From NCBI GenBank assembly GCA_965223295.1, contig CBDCWC010000002.1:1536001-1600000 (forward strand): 64,000 nucleotides of DNA, written 5' to 3'. The position numbers and the translations under genes were made by a program. Under the pieces are notes generated by a model that was given only the letters and a program-made list of their open reading frames with translations, was not told the origin of the DNA and did no database searches. Below are positions 49,808-60,372 of the stretch, one piece after another; position 1 is the first letter of the stretch, and every line of letters begins with the position of its first letter. Source of the DNA: Nitrospirales bacterium (lineage in GTDB: Bacteria > Nitrospirota > Nitrospiria > Nitrospirales > UBA8639).

Positions 49808-52800
49808 ATGTCTCATACTTCAAGTGACCGACAACCTAATCGACTGATTCACGAAACCAGCCCGTATCTTTTGCAACATGCCTATAATCCGGTGGATTGG
49901 TTCCCCTGGGGTGATGACGCTCTCAAACAGGCAAAAGAACAGAAAAAGCCGATTCTCTTGTCGGTTGGCTATTCGGCCTGCCATTGGTGCCACGTCATGG
50001 AGCGTGAATCATTTGAAAATGATGGCATCGCTCAATTGATGAACAAATATTTCATCAACATCAAAGTTGATCGTGAAGAACGCCCCGATATTGATGAAAT
50101 ATACATGCAAGCCACCACCGCCATGAACCAAGGGCACGGCGGATGGCCCATGACCGTGTTTCTGACGCCCGATCAAGAACCAATTTTTGCAGGAACCTAC
50201 TTTCCCCCTACTGACAAATGGGGAAGGCCTGGCTTTGGATCGATCGTCACTAATATCGGAGAAGCCTGGATTAAAGATCACTCAAACATCGTGCAACAAG
50301 CCGAACGCTTTACCTCTCGACTACGTTCAGCACTGCAACCCGCTTCCCCGTTAGCCGTTGGTGAAGCTGATATTGAGAGCGCAGTCAAACAGTTTGCCCA
50401 TGATTTCGATGCCCGCTATGGAGGCTTTGGCCGCGCGCCAAAGTTCCCGCCAGCCACAGGCCTCTCCTTTCTGCTTCGCCAGTACCATTGGAGTCGGCAA
50501 GAGCAAATTCTCACCATGATCACAAAAACCTTGGACGGGATGGCCTCTGGAGGCATGTACGATCATGTCGGCGGCGGCTTTGCCCGCTACTCCACGGATG
50601 ATGAATGGCTGGTCCCGCACTTTGAGAAAATGCTGTACGACAATGCCCTACTTGCCCGCACCTACGTCGAAGCGTTTCAAGTTACGGGCTTGAAACGCTA
50701 CCGCAAAGTGGCCACGGAAACCTTGGATTATATTCTCCGCGAAATGACCGCCCCTGAAGGCGGGTTCTATTCCGCAACGGATGCTGACAGCGAGGGGGTC
50801 GAGGGTAAGTTTTTTGTCTGGACACCGGAGCAAATTCGAGAAATCGTTACCAACGAAAAAGATGCGGCCTGGTTTTGTGCCTATTATGACATTGCCGAGG
50901 AAGGGAATTGGGAGCAGGCTAGCATTCCCCGTACACCCCAATCGATTGAGAGCGTTGCAAAAGAAGTGGGATGTTCAGCAGAAGAGCTTCAGGCAACCAT
51001 TGATTATGTTCGCCCCTTGGTCTACCAAGCACGCCTTACACGCATTCCGCCAGGCCTGGATGACAAGATCATCACGGCGTGGAATGGCATGATGATCGGC
51101 ACCATGGCCGAAGCTGGACGAGTTTTGAACCATCAGCCTTACCTTGACAGCGCAATTCGAGCGACAGATTTTCTTCTTACGACACTTTCCAGACCAGAAA
51201 ACCGTTTATGGCGAACCTATCGCAAGGGCAAAGCCCATCTGAATGCCTGTTTAGAAGATTACGCCTATGCGGCCGAAGCCATGTTAGAAGTCTATGAAGC
51301 CACAGGCATTGAACGCTATCTTCATGAAGCCGTTGCCTTAAGTGAACGAATTATCGAAGACTTTGAAGATCGCGAACATGGCGGGTTTTTCACGACTGCG
51401 GCTGACCATGAGACCCTTATTCTTCGAGGCCGGGAAGGCGCCGATGGCGCGACTCCAAGTGGCAATGCCGTGGCCGCCGCAGTTCTCGCTCGTTTATCGT
51501 TTCATTTTGATCGAGAGGATTTTCGCAACGCCGCCACAAATGCCGTTCGAGCCTATGGTCAACAAATTGGCCAGGTTCCACGTGGATTCCCTAAGAGTTT
51601 GATGGTCGTCGATCTCCTACTTCGTGGCCCAATAGAACTAGCCTTGGTCGGTGGGACCGACGCTCAGTCCTACACTCAACTCCGCAAAGCCATGAATAGT
51701 TGCTTCGTTCCGTATCGTGTTATAGCCCATCATCAAGATGTTGAGGCAGACACTTCACATCCGTTATTAACGGGGAAAACACCCGTCGATGGACAGGCAG
51801 CTTTATACCTCTGTAAAAATTTTTCCTGCCAAACCCCAATTACCAATCCGGAAGTAGTCCCGTCCGCGCTACAACATTTTCAAAGACCATCAACGCAAAC
51901 AGAAGGAACACAACAGTCCCTCACCACCAAAGGGCTACCGGGACATGCTACGCCACAAGGCACCGGAAGGTATGTCGCAAACATCCTAGGAAGCGCTCGG
52001 AGTACACGCCCGTCTCCGCACGGCTACACGAGGCTGGGATCCACGGGATTGACCACTTCTCGAATCGGCTTCGGTGGCTATCGAATCAGTCTAGAAGTTG
52101 ACGACCACCGAAACGCATTAGAGAAAGCCTTACAAGAAGGCTGCAACCTCATTGATACTTCCACTAACTATGCCGATGGCCAAAGTGAACGCTTGGTGGG
52201 AACGGTCGTCAAAGACCTTATTGCCAAGCGATTTATTGCACGAGAAGAAATTATCATTGTCTCAAAAATCGGATATGTCCAAGGAAAGAATCTTGCACGA
52301 GCGGAAGCTCGAGAACAAGCGGGCAAGCCATTCCCTGACATGGTGAAGTACGGAGACGGTATTTGGCATTGTCTGCATCCTGAATTTTTGGAAGAACAAC
52401 TCACCTCGTCACTAGACCGACTGGGATTGTCCACATTGGATATTTGCCTCCTTCACAATCCGGAATATTTTCTGTCAGACGCTAAGAATCGCAACCTGTC
52501 CATCAATGCCATTCAACTCAACGATCTGAGACTAGAGTTCTATCGTCGAATAGAACAGGCCTTTGTGTATTTCGAATCACAAGTTGCAGATGGCCGACTA
52601 CAATATTACGGCGTCTCCTCCAACACATTCACAGCTACGCCAGACAATCCTGAATCTACTTCACTTGCACACATGTTAAAGGCCGCTCAAGCAGCCGCGC
52701 AACAATCAGGTCAAACCGCTCATCATTTTCAGGTCTTGCAACTACCAATGAATCTATTTGAAGCCGGGGCCCTCCTCGTGCAGAACACAGGGAAAGACTA

Positions 52801-53518
52801 CTCAGAAACGGTTTTATCGCTGGCCCAACAGAAAGAAATCGCTGTGTTAGTCAATCGTCCACTCAATGCTATCCCAGGAAAAGGCGGAGGCATGATTCGC
52901 CTAGCGGATCCACAGGCAGAAATTTCCAATACCAACTTTGAGGCTCAGCAACCGAAGGTGGCGGCACTCGAGAATGATTACAAACAAGTTCTGGGGCCAA
53001 ACATTCCCCAACCGGACAAAGGCGCATCGCCGTTAGAGTATTTCAATTGGGCAGAAGAACTCACACGAGTCCGTGAGTCAGTACAAAATCTAGAACATTG
53101 GGATCAAATTGAATCACAAACCATTGCGCCACACGTGAATCGAGTCTTTCAATTACTCACTCAGCATTTCACGGGACGTAAAGAAGAAGAACAAATTTGG
53201 CAGTCCTGGAGAGACAAATATGTGCCGGAACTTGTCACACTTCTGAAAGTCATGCGAATGGAAGCCGCTCAGAAAAGTGCCAAGAAACTCTCAGAATTAA
53301 AACATATAATCGATCCCTTATTGCCAGCAGATAAACAAAAGGCATCCTTTTCCCAAAAAGCCCTCTGGACAGTAGCCAGCACACCAGGCGTCACCAGCGT
53401 CCTCAACGGCATGCGGCATCCCATCTATGTCGACGACTCTCTCAGCATATTGCAATGGAAATCACACCCGAACCCCCGCCCAGTTTTTGAAGCTTTAAAT
53501 AAAGGGCCTGTCAATTAA
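49808..53518 (+). CDS. YyaL/DUF255 thioredoxin-domain protein fused to an aldo/keto reductase domain
   Basis: N-terminal part has [33 protein letters not shown] and [11 protein letters not shown]-terminal part has [19 protein letters not shown] and LLHNPE. Confidence 0.9.
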   Translation: MSHTSSDRQPNRLIHETSPYLLQHAYNPVDWFPWGDDALKQAKEQKKPILLSVGYSACHWCHVMERESFENDGIAQLMNKYFINIKVDREERPDIDEIYMQATTAMNQGHGGWPMTVFLTPDQEPIFAGTYFPPTDKWGRPGFGSIVTNIGEAWIKDHSNIVQQAERFTSRLRSALQPASPLAVGEADIESAVKQFAHDFDARYGGFGRAPKFPPATGLSFLLRQYHWSRQEQILTMITKTLDGMASGGMYDHVGGGFARYSTDDEWLVPHFEKMLYDNALLARTYVEAFQVTGLKRYRKVATETLDYILREMTAPEGGFYSATDADSEGVEGKFFVWTPEQIREIVTNEKDAAWFCAYYDIAEEGNWEQASIPRTPQSIESVAKEVGCSAEELQATIDYVRPLVYQARLTRIPPGLDDKIITAWNGMMIGTMAEAGRVLNHQPYLDSAIRATDFLLTTLSRPENRLWRTYRKGKAHLNACLEDYAYAAEAMLEVYEATGIERYLHEAVALSERIIEDFEDREHGGFFTTAADHETLILRGREGADGATPSGNAVAAAVLARLSFHFDREDFRNAATNAVRAYGQQIGQVPRGFPKSLMVVDLLLRGPIELALVGGTDAQSYTQLRKAMNSCFVPYRVIAHHQDVEADTSHPLLTGKTPVDGQAALYLCKNFSCQTPITNPEVVPSALQHFQRPSTQTEGTQQSLTTKGLPGHATPQGTGRYVANILGSARSTRPSPHGYTRLGSTGLTTSRIGFGGYRISLEVDDHRNALEKALQEGCNLIDTSTNYADGQSERLVGTVVKDLIAKRFIAREEIIIVSKIGYVQGKNLARAEAREQAGKPFPDMVKYGDGIWHCLHPEFLEEQLTSSLDRLGLSTLDICLLHNPEYFLSDAKNRNLSINAIQLNDLRLEFYRRIEQAFVYFESQVADGRLQYYGVSSNTFTATPDNPESTSLAHMLKAAQAAAQQSGQTAHHFQVLQLPMNLFEAGALLVQNTGKDYSETVLSLAQQKEIAVLVNRPLNAIPGKGGGMIRLADPQAEISNTNFEAQQPKVAALENDYKQVLGPNIPQPDKGASPLEYFNWAEELTRVRESVQNLEHWDQIESQTIAPHVNRVFQLLTQHFTGRKEEEQIWQSWRDKYVPELVTLLKVMRMEAAQKSAKKLSELKHIIDPLLPADKQKASFSQKALWTVASTPGVTSVLNGMRHPIYVDDSLSILQWKSHPNPRPVFEALNKGPVN

Positions 53519-53588
53519 CCATCAAGATATCGCCTCTAGCTTTTGTGCAACTCTCTCTAATAAAGAACCCTGCCGCAGGCATCGGGGA

Positions 53589-53607
53589 ATATCCCTTCAA
53601 GGGATAT
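53589..53607. terminator. hairpin between convergent genes
   Basis: ATATCCCTT-c-AAGGGATAT, with no clear U-tract. Confidence 0.3.
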
Positions 53608-53615
53608 AATACATG

Positions 53616-54296
53616 TCAATCGCGTTTACCAGGATCGAGCTCGATGATGCCTTTGCGAATCGCTAAAATCGCGGCTTGAGTCCGGTCATAGGCATGGAGT
53701 TTATGGAAGATATTGCGAACATGGTTTTTGACGGTCTTCTCACTCAGATCTAAGACATTGGCAATCTCTTTATTGGTCTTGCCATCGGCGACGAGCTGCA
53801 AGACGGTGATTTCCCGTTCGGTGAGATCATGCTCAAGTATGCCTCGCCTTTTCCCTTTGCCTTCAGAGAGCAACGAAAATTCCGCCAAAATTTTACTGGC
53901 GACGGATGGGTGAATAAGCGACTCGCCTCGTGCAATGGTCCGAATCGCCGCAATGATTTGAGCCGAATCACAATCTTTAAGGAGATACCCTGTCGCACCT
54001 GCTCGCACAAGGTCAAAAATATACTGTTGTTCCTCATACATGGTCAGAGCCACCACACCGATATGCGGAAACTCGCGCTTGATAATGCGGGTCGCTTCGA
54101 TCCCAGTCATTCCAGGCATGCTCACATCCATAAGGATGACATCCGGTAATAAGGCTCGCGCTTGTTCAACAGCCTCACCACCATCTTTAGCTTCTCCCAC
54201 GACTTGAATATCATCCTTTGTTTCCAAAATAGCCGACAGCCCTTCTCGTACCACACGATGATCATCCACTATTAAGACCTTAGTTTTTTTTGGCAT
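53616..54296 (-). CDS. NarL/LuxR family response regulator
   Basis: Motifs VDDH, LMDVSMP and YLLK, with the HTH LTEREITV...NKEIA...KTVKNH. Confidence 0.95.
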   Translation of the reverse strand: MPKKTKVLIVDDHRVVREGLSAILETKDDIQVVGEAKDGGEAVEQARALLPDVILMDVSMPGMTGIEATRIIKREFPHIGVVALTMYEEQQYIFDLVRAGATGYLLKDCDSAQIIAAIRTIARGESLIHPSVASKILAEFSLLSEGKGKRRGILEHDLTEREITVLQLVADGKTNKEIANVLDLSEKTVKNHVRNIFHKLHAYDRTQAAILAIRKGIIELDPGKRD

Positions 54297-55425
54297 AACT
54301 CAGCTTCTCCTTTTCAACAAGGGGAATGGAAATTTCCACCCTCGTACCAGCTTTCGGCTTGGACATCCACCGAACCTCTCCCCCCAACATGCGCGCACGT
54401 TCCTTCATACTTCTCACACCAAAATGATCCCACTTTTCTTGATTCTGGGATTCTTTCTCGACATCAAACCCCTGTCCATTATCTGCAACCTTGGCCTCCA
54501 AAAGGCCTTTCTTGAGGGTCAGGGAAACGTCTACCTTGGTGGCCTTCGCATGCTTGGCAACATTACTTAAAGCTTCCTGTACCATGCGAAAAACAAAGAC
54601 TTTGGCTTTAGGATCAAGCTGCGACTCATCTCCTTTGCCCTCAAAGACGGTGTGAATCCGATGCTCCCGCTTATACGAGGTCAAATAATTCGACAAAGCG
54701 GGAATAAGTGCCAGGTGATCATATTGTCCCGGCCGAAGGTTATACACCACTTCACGCGCTTCTTGTATCGCATGTTTCAATTGGCCTTTAGTTTGATTCA
54801 ACATCATCAAACCTTTACTGGGATCCTCCGAGACAAGTTCCTGCACACGTTCCATTTTGAGGTTCACACCGACCAGAGTTTGCACCAACCCATCATGAAT
54901 TTCGCAGGCGATACGCGTCCGTTCTTCATCCACAGCTCCTTCCGCCTCTTCTTTCACATACAAGCGAAAGAGCGATTGATAGCGAGTGAGCGTGCTTTCA
55001 ATCTCGGCTGAAGCACGAATCCGCGCCTCGATAAGTTGCCACATAAATTTGGCACTCTGCCCGCCGACTAATGTTAAATGCGGAGCTTGTACCTCCAAGA
55101 GTTTCTGCTCAACTTCAGGATCGCCTGTCACGTCAATGACTAAATCAACATTCTTGATTTTTAAGAGGTTTTGATAACGGCGGACAATAGGTACTCCAAG
55201 CTTTTTCGCAAGGCGAAGGCCCTTCGTCATCGGCCGAGTTTCAGCCACACCAACCACCGTGACCAATGGGTCTTCCGCAAAAATTTCCATGAGTGCCGTA
55301 CCCCCATGACCTGCTCCAATGATCGCCACGCGGCTTGCATTGATCCCTTTTGCAGTAGGACTGGTAGACGGCTTACGAGAAATAGAAGTACGTTTGGCGG
55401 ATTTTGAGGATTTGAGAGTCGGCAT
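54280..55425 (-). CDS. cytoplasmic HisKA_3 histidine kinase with an N-terminal Rossmann-like domain
   Basis: VAIIGAGHGG and DLVIDVTG at the N-terminus, H-box ERTRIACEIHDGLVQ, then QEALSNVAKHA and DNGQGF. No TM segment. Confidence 0.88.
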   Translation of the reverse strand: MPTLKSSKSAKRTSISRKPSTSPTAKGINASRVAIIGAGHGGTALMEIFAEDPLVTVVGVAETRPMTKGLRLAKKLGVPIVRRYQNLLKIKNVDLVIDVTGDPEVEQKLLEVQAPHLTLVGGQSAKFMWQLIEARIRASAEIESTLTRYQSLFRLYVKEEAEGAVDEERTRIACEIHDGLVQTLVGVNLKMERVQELVSEDPSKGLMMLNQTKGQLKHAIQEAREVVYNLRPGQYDHLALIPALSNYLTSYKREHRIHTVFEGKGDESQLDPKAKVFVFRMVQEALSNVAKHAKATKVDVSLTLKKGLLEAKVADNGQGFDVEKESQNQEKWDHFGVRSMKERARMLGGEVRWMSKPKAGTRVEISIPLVEKEKLSYAKKN

Positions 55426-55569
55426 CAGACCACAGGCATAATGGTAAGCTTTTGGGAAGAATCATTGGAAGAGAAAAATTGTTCTTTTTCAATGTTCCCG
55501 AAAAGTACAAAATTGGTTATCTGAACTGCGATGTCATCTCTCAAAAGTTGCAGGAAGACATACTCCCTA

Positions 55570-56034
55570 CTAGGAACGCCCGGCATCATGCGTTAAGGCG
55601 CGAATCGTATCCATAAATTGGTCAATGTCTTTGAATTCACGATAGACCGAAGCAAACCGCACATAAGCCACTGGATCCAGCTCTTGCAAGGCCCGCATGA
55701 CTTCTTCTCCAACTGCTCGACTGGGCACTTCGGTTTCCCCACGGTCTTGAATGCGTTTTTCTATCCGATCTGTTGCCGCTCCCAACGCTCCGATACTGAC
55801 CGGCCGTTTTTCACAGGCCTTCTTCAGACCGGCGAGAATCTTGGCTCGGTCAAACGGCTCCCGCCGGTTATCTTTCTTAACGACCATGGGCAGGTTTTCT
55901 TCAATACGTTCATACGTGGTAAACCGTCGTTTACAGCCCAAACATTCACGGCGGCGGCGAATCACTTCTCCCTCCCGTGCCGTGCGCGAGTCAATCACTT
56001 TGTCTTCAAGCTTGTCACAGAACGGACATTTCAC
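55570..56034 (-). CDS. nrdR: transcriptional repressor NrdR
   Basis: GTG start, KCPFC, VIDSR, IRRRREC, RFTTYE, ATP cone and AYVRFASVY. Confidence 0.96.
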   Translation of the reverse strand: MKCPFCDKLEDKVIDSRTAREGEVIRRRRECLGCKRRFTTYERIEENLPMVVKKDNRREPFDRAKILAGLKKACEKRPVSIGALGAATDRIEKRIQDRGETEVPSRAVGEEVMRALQELDPVAYVRFASVYREFKDIDQFMDTIRALTHDAGRS

Positions 56035-56074
56035 GGAAGGGCGTCCTTGGGTTGGAAGAGGTCGTGGGGAAAGA

Positions 56075-57337
56075 TTAGTATGGATGAAAGATAGGAAAGC
56101 GGGCACACAAGTTTTTGACTTCTCGCAGAATCCGTTTGTGAAGGGCAGCATCTTGGGCATGCTGGATAATCTCATCCATCCATGACACGATCTGTTCCAT
56201 CTCGGCTTGCTGCATCCCACGCGTCGAAACGGTGGGGGTGCCAATGCGAATCCCACTGGCTACCGCGGGTGGTTTCTCATCAAAAGGCACGGCATTTTTA
56301 TTGACCACGATACCCGAAGCATTTAACGCGGCTTCGGCCTCTTTTCCTGTGACATTTTTCGAGTGTAAATTTAACAGAAAAAGATGATTTTCAGTGCCGC
56401 CAGACACTACTTGATAGCCACGCCGCGCAAACCCCTCCGCTAACACCTTCGCATTAGCCAACACCTGCTTTTGATAGGTCGTAAAACCAGGAGCAAGGGC
56501 TTCCTTAAAAGCTACGGCCTTAGCCGCAATCACATGCATCAACGGACCACCCTGGATGCCGGGAAAAATCATTTTATCGACAGCCTTGGCATGTTCCTCT
56601 TTACACATGATCATACCCGAGCGTGGACCGCGTAACGTCTTATGCGTGGTCGTCGTCACAAAGTCGGCATAGGGAACAGGGCTTGGATGAAGCCCCGCAG
56701 CGACAAGACCCGCAATATGAGCAATATCGACGAGTAAATAGGCGCCAACAGATTTCGCGATGGCTTGAAAGCGCGGGAAATCCAGAATTTTAGCATAGGC
56801 GCTTGCCCCAACCACTAACATCCGTGGCCGAACTTCTTTGGCTTGCTTTTCAACCGCGTCATAATCAATGGCTTCGGTTTTCCGATCGACACCATAGGTA
56901 AAGGATTGGAAAATTTTTCCCGAAAAATTGACTCGACTGCCATGAGTCAGATGCCCTCCATGGGCCAAATCCATTCCCATGATGGTGTCCCCGGTTTTCA
57001 GCACAGCCAGATAGACAGCCATATTGGCTTGGGACCCTGAATGAGGTTGAACATTCACATGTTCACACCCAAAAAGTTCTTTGGCCCGAGCCATAGCCAA
57101 TTCTTCAACAACATCCACATGCTGGCAACCGCCGTAATACCGTCTTCGAGGATAACCTTCCGCATATTTATTGGTCATTAAGCAGCCTTGAGCACCTAAC
57201 ACCGCAGGGCTAGCATAGTTTTCTGATGCAATCAACACCAAATTTTCCCGTTGCCGCTTTTCTTCAGAACGAATAGCGGCATAGACCTCATAATCCGTAT
57301 CGCGAATGGCTTTCAATGTACCGACTGAATGACGCAT
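56075..57337 (-). CDS. glyA: serine hydroxymethyltransferase
   Basis: Motifs [21 protein letters not shown] and [12 protein letters not shown]. Confidence 0.97.
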   Translation of the reverse strand: MRHSVGTLKAIRDTDYEVYAAIRSEEKRQRENLVLIASENYASPAVLGAQGCLMTNKYAEGYPRRRYYGGCQHVDVVEELAMARAKELFGCEHVNVQPHSGSQANMAVYLAVLKTGDTIMGMDLAHGGHLTHGSRVNFSGKIFQSFTYGVDRKTEAIDYDAVEKQAKEVRPRMLVVGASAYAKILDFPRFQAIAKSVGAYLLVDIAHIAGLVAAGLHPSPVPYADFVTTTTHKTLRGPRSGMIMCKEEHAKAVDKMIFPGIQGGPLMHVIAAKAVAFKEALAPGFTTYQKQVLANAKVLAEGFARRGYQVVSGGTENHLFLLNLHSKNVTGKEAEAALNASGIVVNKNAVPFDEKPPAVASGIRIGTPTVSTRGMQQAEMEQIVSWMDEIIQHAQDAALHKRILREVKNLCARFPIFHPY

Positions 57338-57340
57338 ACG

Positions 57341-57871
57341 TTATGCCGTTTCGGTAGACTCAACAGTTGCTTCTTCGCTGCCCACTGCCTCATTGGAGTC
57401 AATTTCTCCGGCCTCCGGCTCATCACCACCTTTTTTCGACAAGGTGACTTCAATCTTTGCTATAACATCCCGATGAAGTTTGATCGGAACAGGAAATGTC
57501 CCAAGTTCTTTCAAGGGATGGGGCAACTGGATCTTACGGCGATCAACTGTCATGCCCTGCTCAGCTAATTGCTCGGCAATATCTTTTGACGTGACAGAAC
57601 CGAACAATTTATCGTCCTTACCGGTCTGAACTTCAAAAGTCAGTGCAACCTTGGAGATTTGCTTGCCAATATCCCCTAACGCCTCTAACTCTTTTTTGGC
57701 TTTCTGATCGATTTGGCGTTTAAGATGTTGTAATAATTTGACTTGGCGATCTTCCGCCAGCACAGCTTTTTTCCTGGGCAATAAGAAATTCCTGGCATAG
57801 CCGTCCGCAACGGTTAAAACATCACCCAAATACCCTAAACCCTCGACATTTTCCTGCAAAATCACCTTCAT
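57341..57871 (-). CDS. rplI: 50S ribosomal protein L9
   Basis: Motifs MKVIL, GYARNFLLP and KLFGSVT, with an AAGGAG RBS. Confidence 0.96.
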   Translation of the reverse strand: MKVILQENVEGLGYLGDVLTVADGYARNFLLPRKKAVLAEDRQVKLLQHLKRQIDQKAKKELEALGDIGKQISKVALTFEVQTGKDDKLFGSVTSKDIAEQLAEQGMTVDRRKIQLPHPLKELGTFPVPIKLHRDVIAKIEVTLSKKGGDEPEAGEIDSNEAVGSEEATVESTETA

Positions 57872-57906
57872 AAATATCTCTCCTTAGCCTGGCAAATAAG
57901 GGAAAC

Positions 57907-57935
57907 ATCTTAAGGCTGGGGTTCGAAAATGTCAA
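57907..57935 (-). promoter_or_regulatory. sigma70-type promoter for rplI-glyA-nrdR
   Basis: The minus strand reads TTGACA-17 nt-TAAGAT. Confidence 0.65.
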
Positions 57936-58118
57936 TTGAATGGCCTAGTTGCTTCGACAAGAGCCTTGTGACGGGGAAGCCGAGTCACTGAGAAGATCAA
58001 GACCTGAATATGTCAAGAACTTCAAGCATTTCCAGGAAAGTCTTCCAATCAAGTATACTGGGATGACTGTAAAAAACTTTTAGATATTTACACGTATAAA
58101 CATAGAGGCCAACACTTT

Positions 58119-58613
58119 GTGAAGTCCTTCATTTCCATCCACTTAACCGTGAAGTTATGTCTGATTGTATTGTTGGTCATGATCCCCGTTCAGACCACAG
58201 CCGAAGAGAGTGATCAGGAAAATTTTCGGGAGACCGAATCGTTCGCTGCCAATTTGAATCTTCGATTGAGCAATCGACCGCTCACACCTCCAGACAACTT
58301 GATTGCCCAAGCCATCCCGCTTAAAGGTCTCATGGTTGCCCAAGCTTTTGTGGCCCCATCACCGCAAGCTGTGATTTTTGAAGATGACCAGCGACAGCGT
58401 ATCGCGGTACTTTCCCAGGACGAGGCTGAGCACCTCATACTCTTTCTTCTTGAACCACTTTCACTTGATCCCGCGCTACCCGGGCTGCTTCAATGTGCTG
58501 ACCATCGAAATTGCCAGACTGACCGAACGCCGATGACGGGAGGCCTGGGATGTTTGGCCTTTTGTCTTAAAGAAATTCTTGAATCTGCTATGACGAGTCC
58601 AACATTTCAGTAA
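58119..58613 (+). CDS. hypothetical exported protein with four C-terminal Cys
   Basis: Hydrophobic leader and CADHRNC...CLAFC. Ends 4 nt before the next ATG. Confidence 0.6.
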   Translation: MKSFISIHLTVKLCLIVLLVMIPVQTTAEESDQENFRETESFAANLNLRLSNRPLTPPDNLIAQAIPLKGLMVAQAFVAPSPQAVIFEDDQRQRIAVLSQDEAEHLILFLLEPLSLDPALPGLLQCADHRNCQTDRTPMTGGLGCLAFCLKEILESAMTSPTFQ

Positions 58614-58617
58614 CTTC

Positions 58618-60120
58618 ATGAAACTAGACGAACTTCTACAGCATTCATCTACTCAACTGTTGAACGAACGAGAAGCTGCGATGAGCCAAGGGTTGGATGC
58701 GCCCTTAGAGATTCCACAGGCTAGGCATATCGGCAAGGCGGGGGCACTCCATATCTACAGTTGCCAGGTTTTGCCTGGGAGCAAGATGGTCGCTGATGTC
58801 CCCATGACACTGTTACCCGGAAACGAAATGGAAGCGACTGAAGGGTTTATCCTTGGCTGGATGAATGAATCACTGCTCATTCAAACCTTTGACCATGTGG
58901 GACAAACACTGAAACACGGCACCCTTATTCCAGACACTTCAGGGTTTTTGGAAACTGGGGCCGCCCGGCTTGCTGACATGGCCACTAGACCCGACTCCTT
59001 TACGCTTGGCCCGGCTGAACGCCTTGTCCCCTGGCTTCACCCTGCCCCAACATTAGAAACCTCTCAAGCACGGGAAAATGTTCCTAGCACGATCCTAGTC
59101 ACCATTTGGGAAGATGATCATGCAACTCGATGGACCAAATTGACTACTCTTATCGTAGAACAGATTCGTAAGAATAAACGTATCCTCCTAGTTGCACCGG
59201 ACCATGAAACCGTTGACGCCTTAACAGGTGAGACGGCACGCGCATTAAAACTCGCAGCCCTGCCCCATCGCAGTCTGCTTTGTCGTTATGAACTCACGCT
59301 CACGAAAGATGCTGCGACGATGCCCATAGATGAACTGGGTTTCGAAGCCCAAATGTATCATTTTTATGCCAAAGCCAACGCAAACAAGATCGCCTTGCGC
59401 AAGAAATATGATCGCTTTCGCGAGCTCACGCCAATCTTGGCATATAAACGAGACAAGCAAAAAGATCTTAACGAGGTGAAACTCTTGGAATGGCGTCTGC
59501 TTACTCAGCTCAGTGATTGGCAAAGCAAAGTCAAGGGAATTGATAAGGTTTTGGCAGACTATGAACAATTGCCAATTTGGAAACGCATGAGCATGCAGTT
59601 GGCCGGAAAAAACGTAGAAACTCTGGCCGAATATCGAATCATCTATGAAGGGAAAATCCATGGACTCATGAAAGAAGTTGAAGTGGCACAAGCACGGATC
59701 AAAGAACTCATTCCGGAAGCTACGATTCCAAAAGATTTGCGGCCGGAATACGATGAGCTCAAAGAAGAAATCAAACGGCTGGGCGGCACCAAAAAAATTC
59801 GGGAAATGCTAAGTGCAGGCGAAGGCACGAACCGGCAGGCCTTTGCTCAAAACAAACGGATCATGGCCACGACTCCCGGTCGCCTCTTGACTGATCCTCT
59901 GTTCCGAAAAGTTCCCTATGATCTTCTTATTGTGGAAAACGCCCCACAAGTCCCAACCCCGTTACTCCTGGCTGCAAGCGGCCTGATTCGTGAACGCATC
60001 ATTTTGAGCGGCAACATAAATGATCTGACTCAAGCCTCACACCCACCCCAAACTTGTTGGCCCAGCGAATTCCTCACCACCACCACTCAGCCCTCGACCC
60101 CGCCTACCCCCGTCGGATAA
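58618..60120 (+). CDS. degenerate SF1 (Upf1/DNA2-like) helicase-domain protein with a coiled-coil insert
   Basis: KRILLVAPDHETVD (motif Ia-like), IMATT, YDLLIVENA (motif II-like) and IILSGN (motif III-like). No intact P-loop. Confidence 0.65.
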   Translation: MKLDELLQHSSTQLLNEREAAMSQGLDAPLEIPQARHIGKAGALHIYSCQVLPGSKMVADVPMTLLPGNEMEATEGFILGWMNESLLIQTFDHVGQTLKHGTLIPDTSGFLETGAARLADMATRPDSFTLGPAERLVPWLHPAPTLETSQARENVPSTILVTIWEDDHATRWTKLTTLIVEQIRKNKRILLVAPDHETVDALTGETARALKLAALPHRSLLCRYELTLTKDAATMPIDELGFEAQMYHFYAKANANKIALRKKYDRFRELTPILAYKRDKQKDLNEVKLLEWRLLTQLSDWQSKVKGIDKVLADYEQLPIWKRMSMQLAGKNVETLAEYRIIYEGKIHGLMKEVEVAQARIKELIPEATIPKDLRPEYDELKEEIKRLGGTKKIREMLSAGEGTNRQAFAQNKRIMATTPGRLLTDPLFRKVPYDLLIVENAPQVPTPLLLAASGLIRERIILSGNINDLTQASHPPQTCWPSEFLTTTTQPSTPPTPVG

Positions 60121-60139
60121 AAAGGCACACCTAGTACTA

Positions 60140-60183
60140 TTAGGGGTCAGACTCGAATTAATTAATTCGAGTCTGACCCCTAA
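60140..60183. repeat. GGGGTCAGACTCGA family perfect 44-bp palindrome, locus 5
   Basis: TTAGGGGTCAGACTCGAATTAA|TTAATTCGAGTCTGACCCCTAA. Confidence 0.92.
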
Positions 60184-60192
60184 ATATTTAGC

Positions 60193-60221
60193 TTGACCAC
60201 TTTTTATGAAAAGACGATAAT
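60193..60221 (+). promoter_or_regulatory. sigma70-type promoter for tRNA-Leu
   Basis: TTGACC-17 nt-GATAAT, 11 nt before the tRNA. Confidence 0.6.
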
Positions 60222-60232
60222 CCAATTCACGT

Positions 60233-60318
60233 GCCGAAGTGGCGGAACGGCAGACGCACCAGATTCAGGGTCTGGCGCCCTCCGGGGTGTGTGGGTTCAA
60301 ATCCCACCTTCGGCACCA
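60233..60318 (+). tRNA. tRNA-Leu (anticodon CAG)
   Basis: Acceptor stem GCCGAAG...CTTCGGC-ACCA, anticodon arm CCAGA-TTCAGGG-TCTGG, variable arm and T-loop GGTTCAAATCC. Confidence 0.97.
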
Positions 60319-60372
60319 TTCTCTCGTCTCACCACAATAGAACAGCTTCCTTTTATATACCATAGAACAAAA

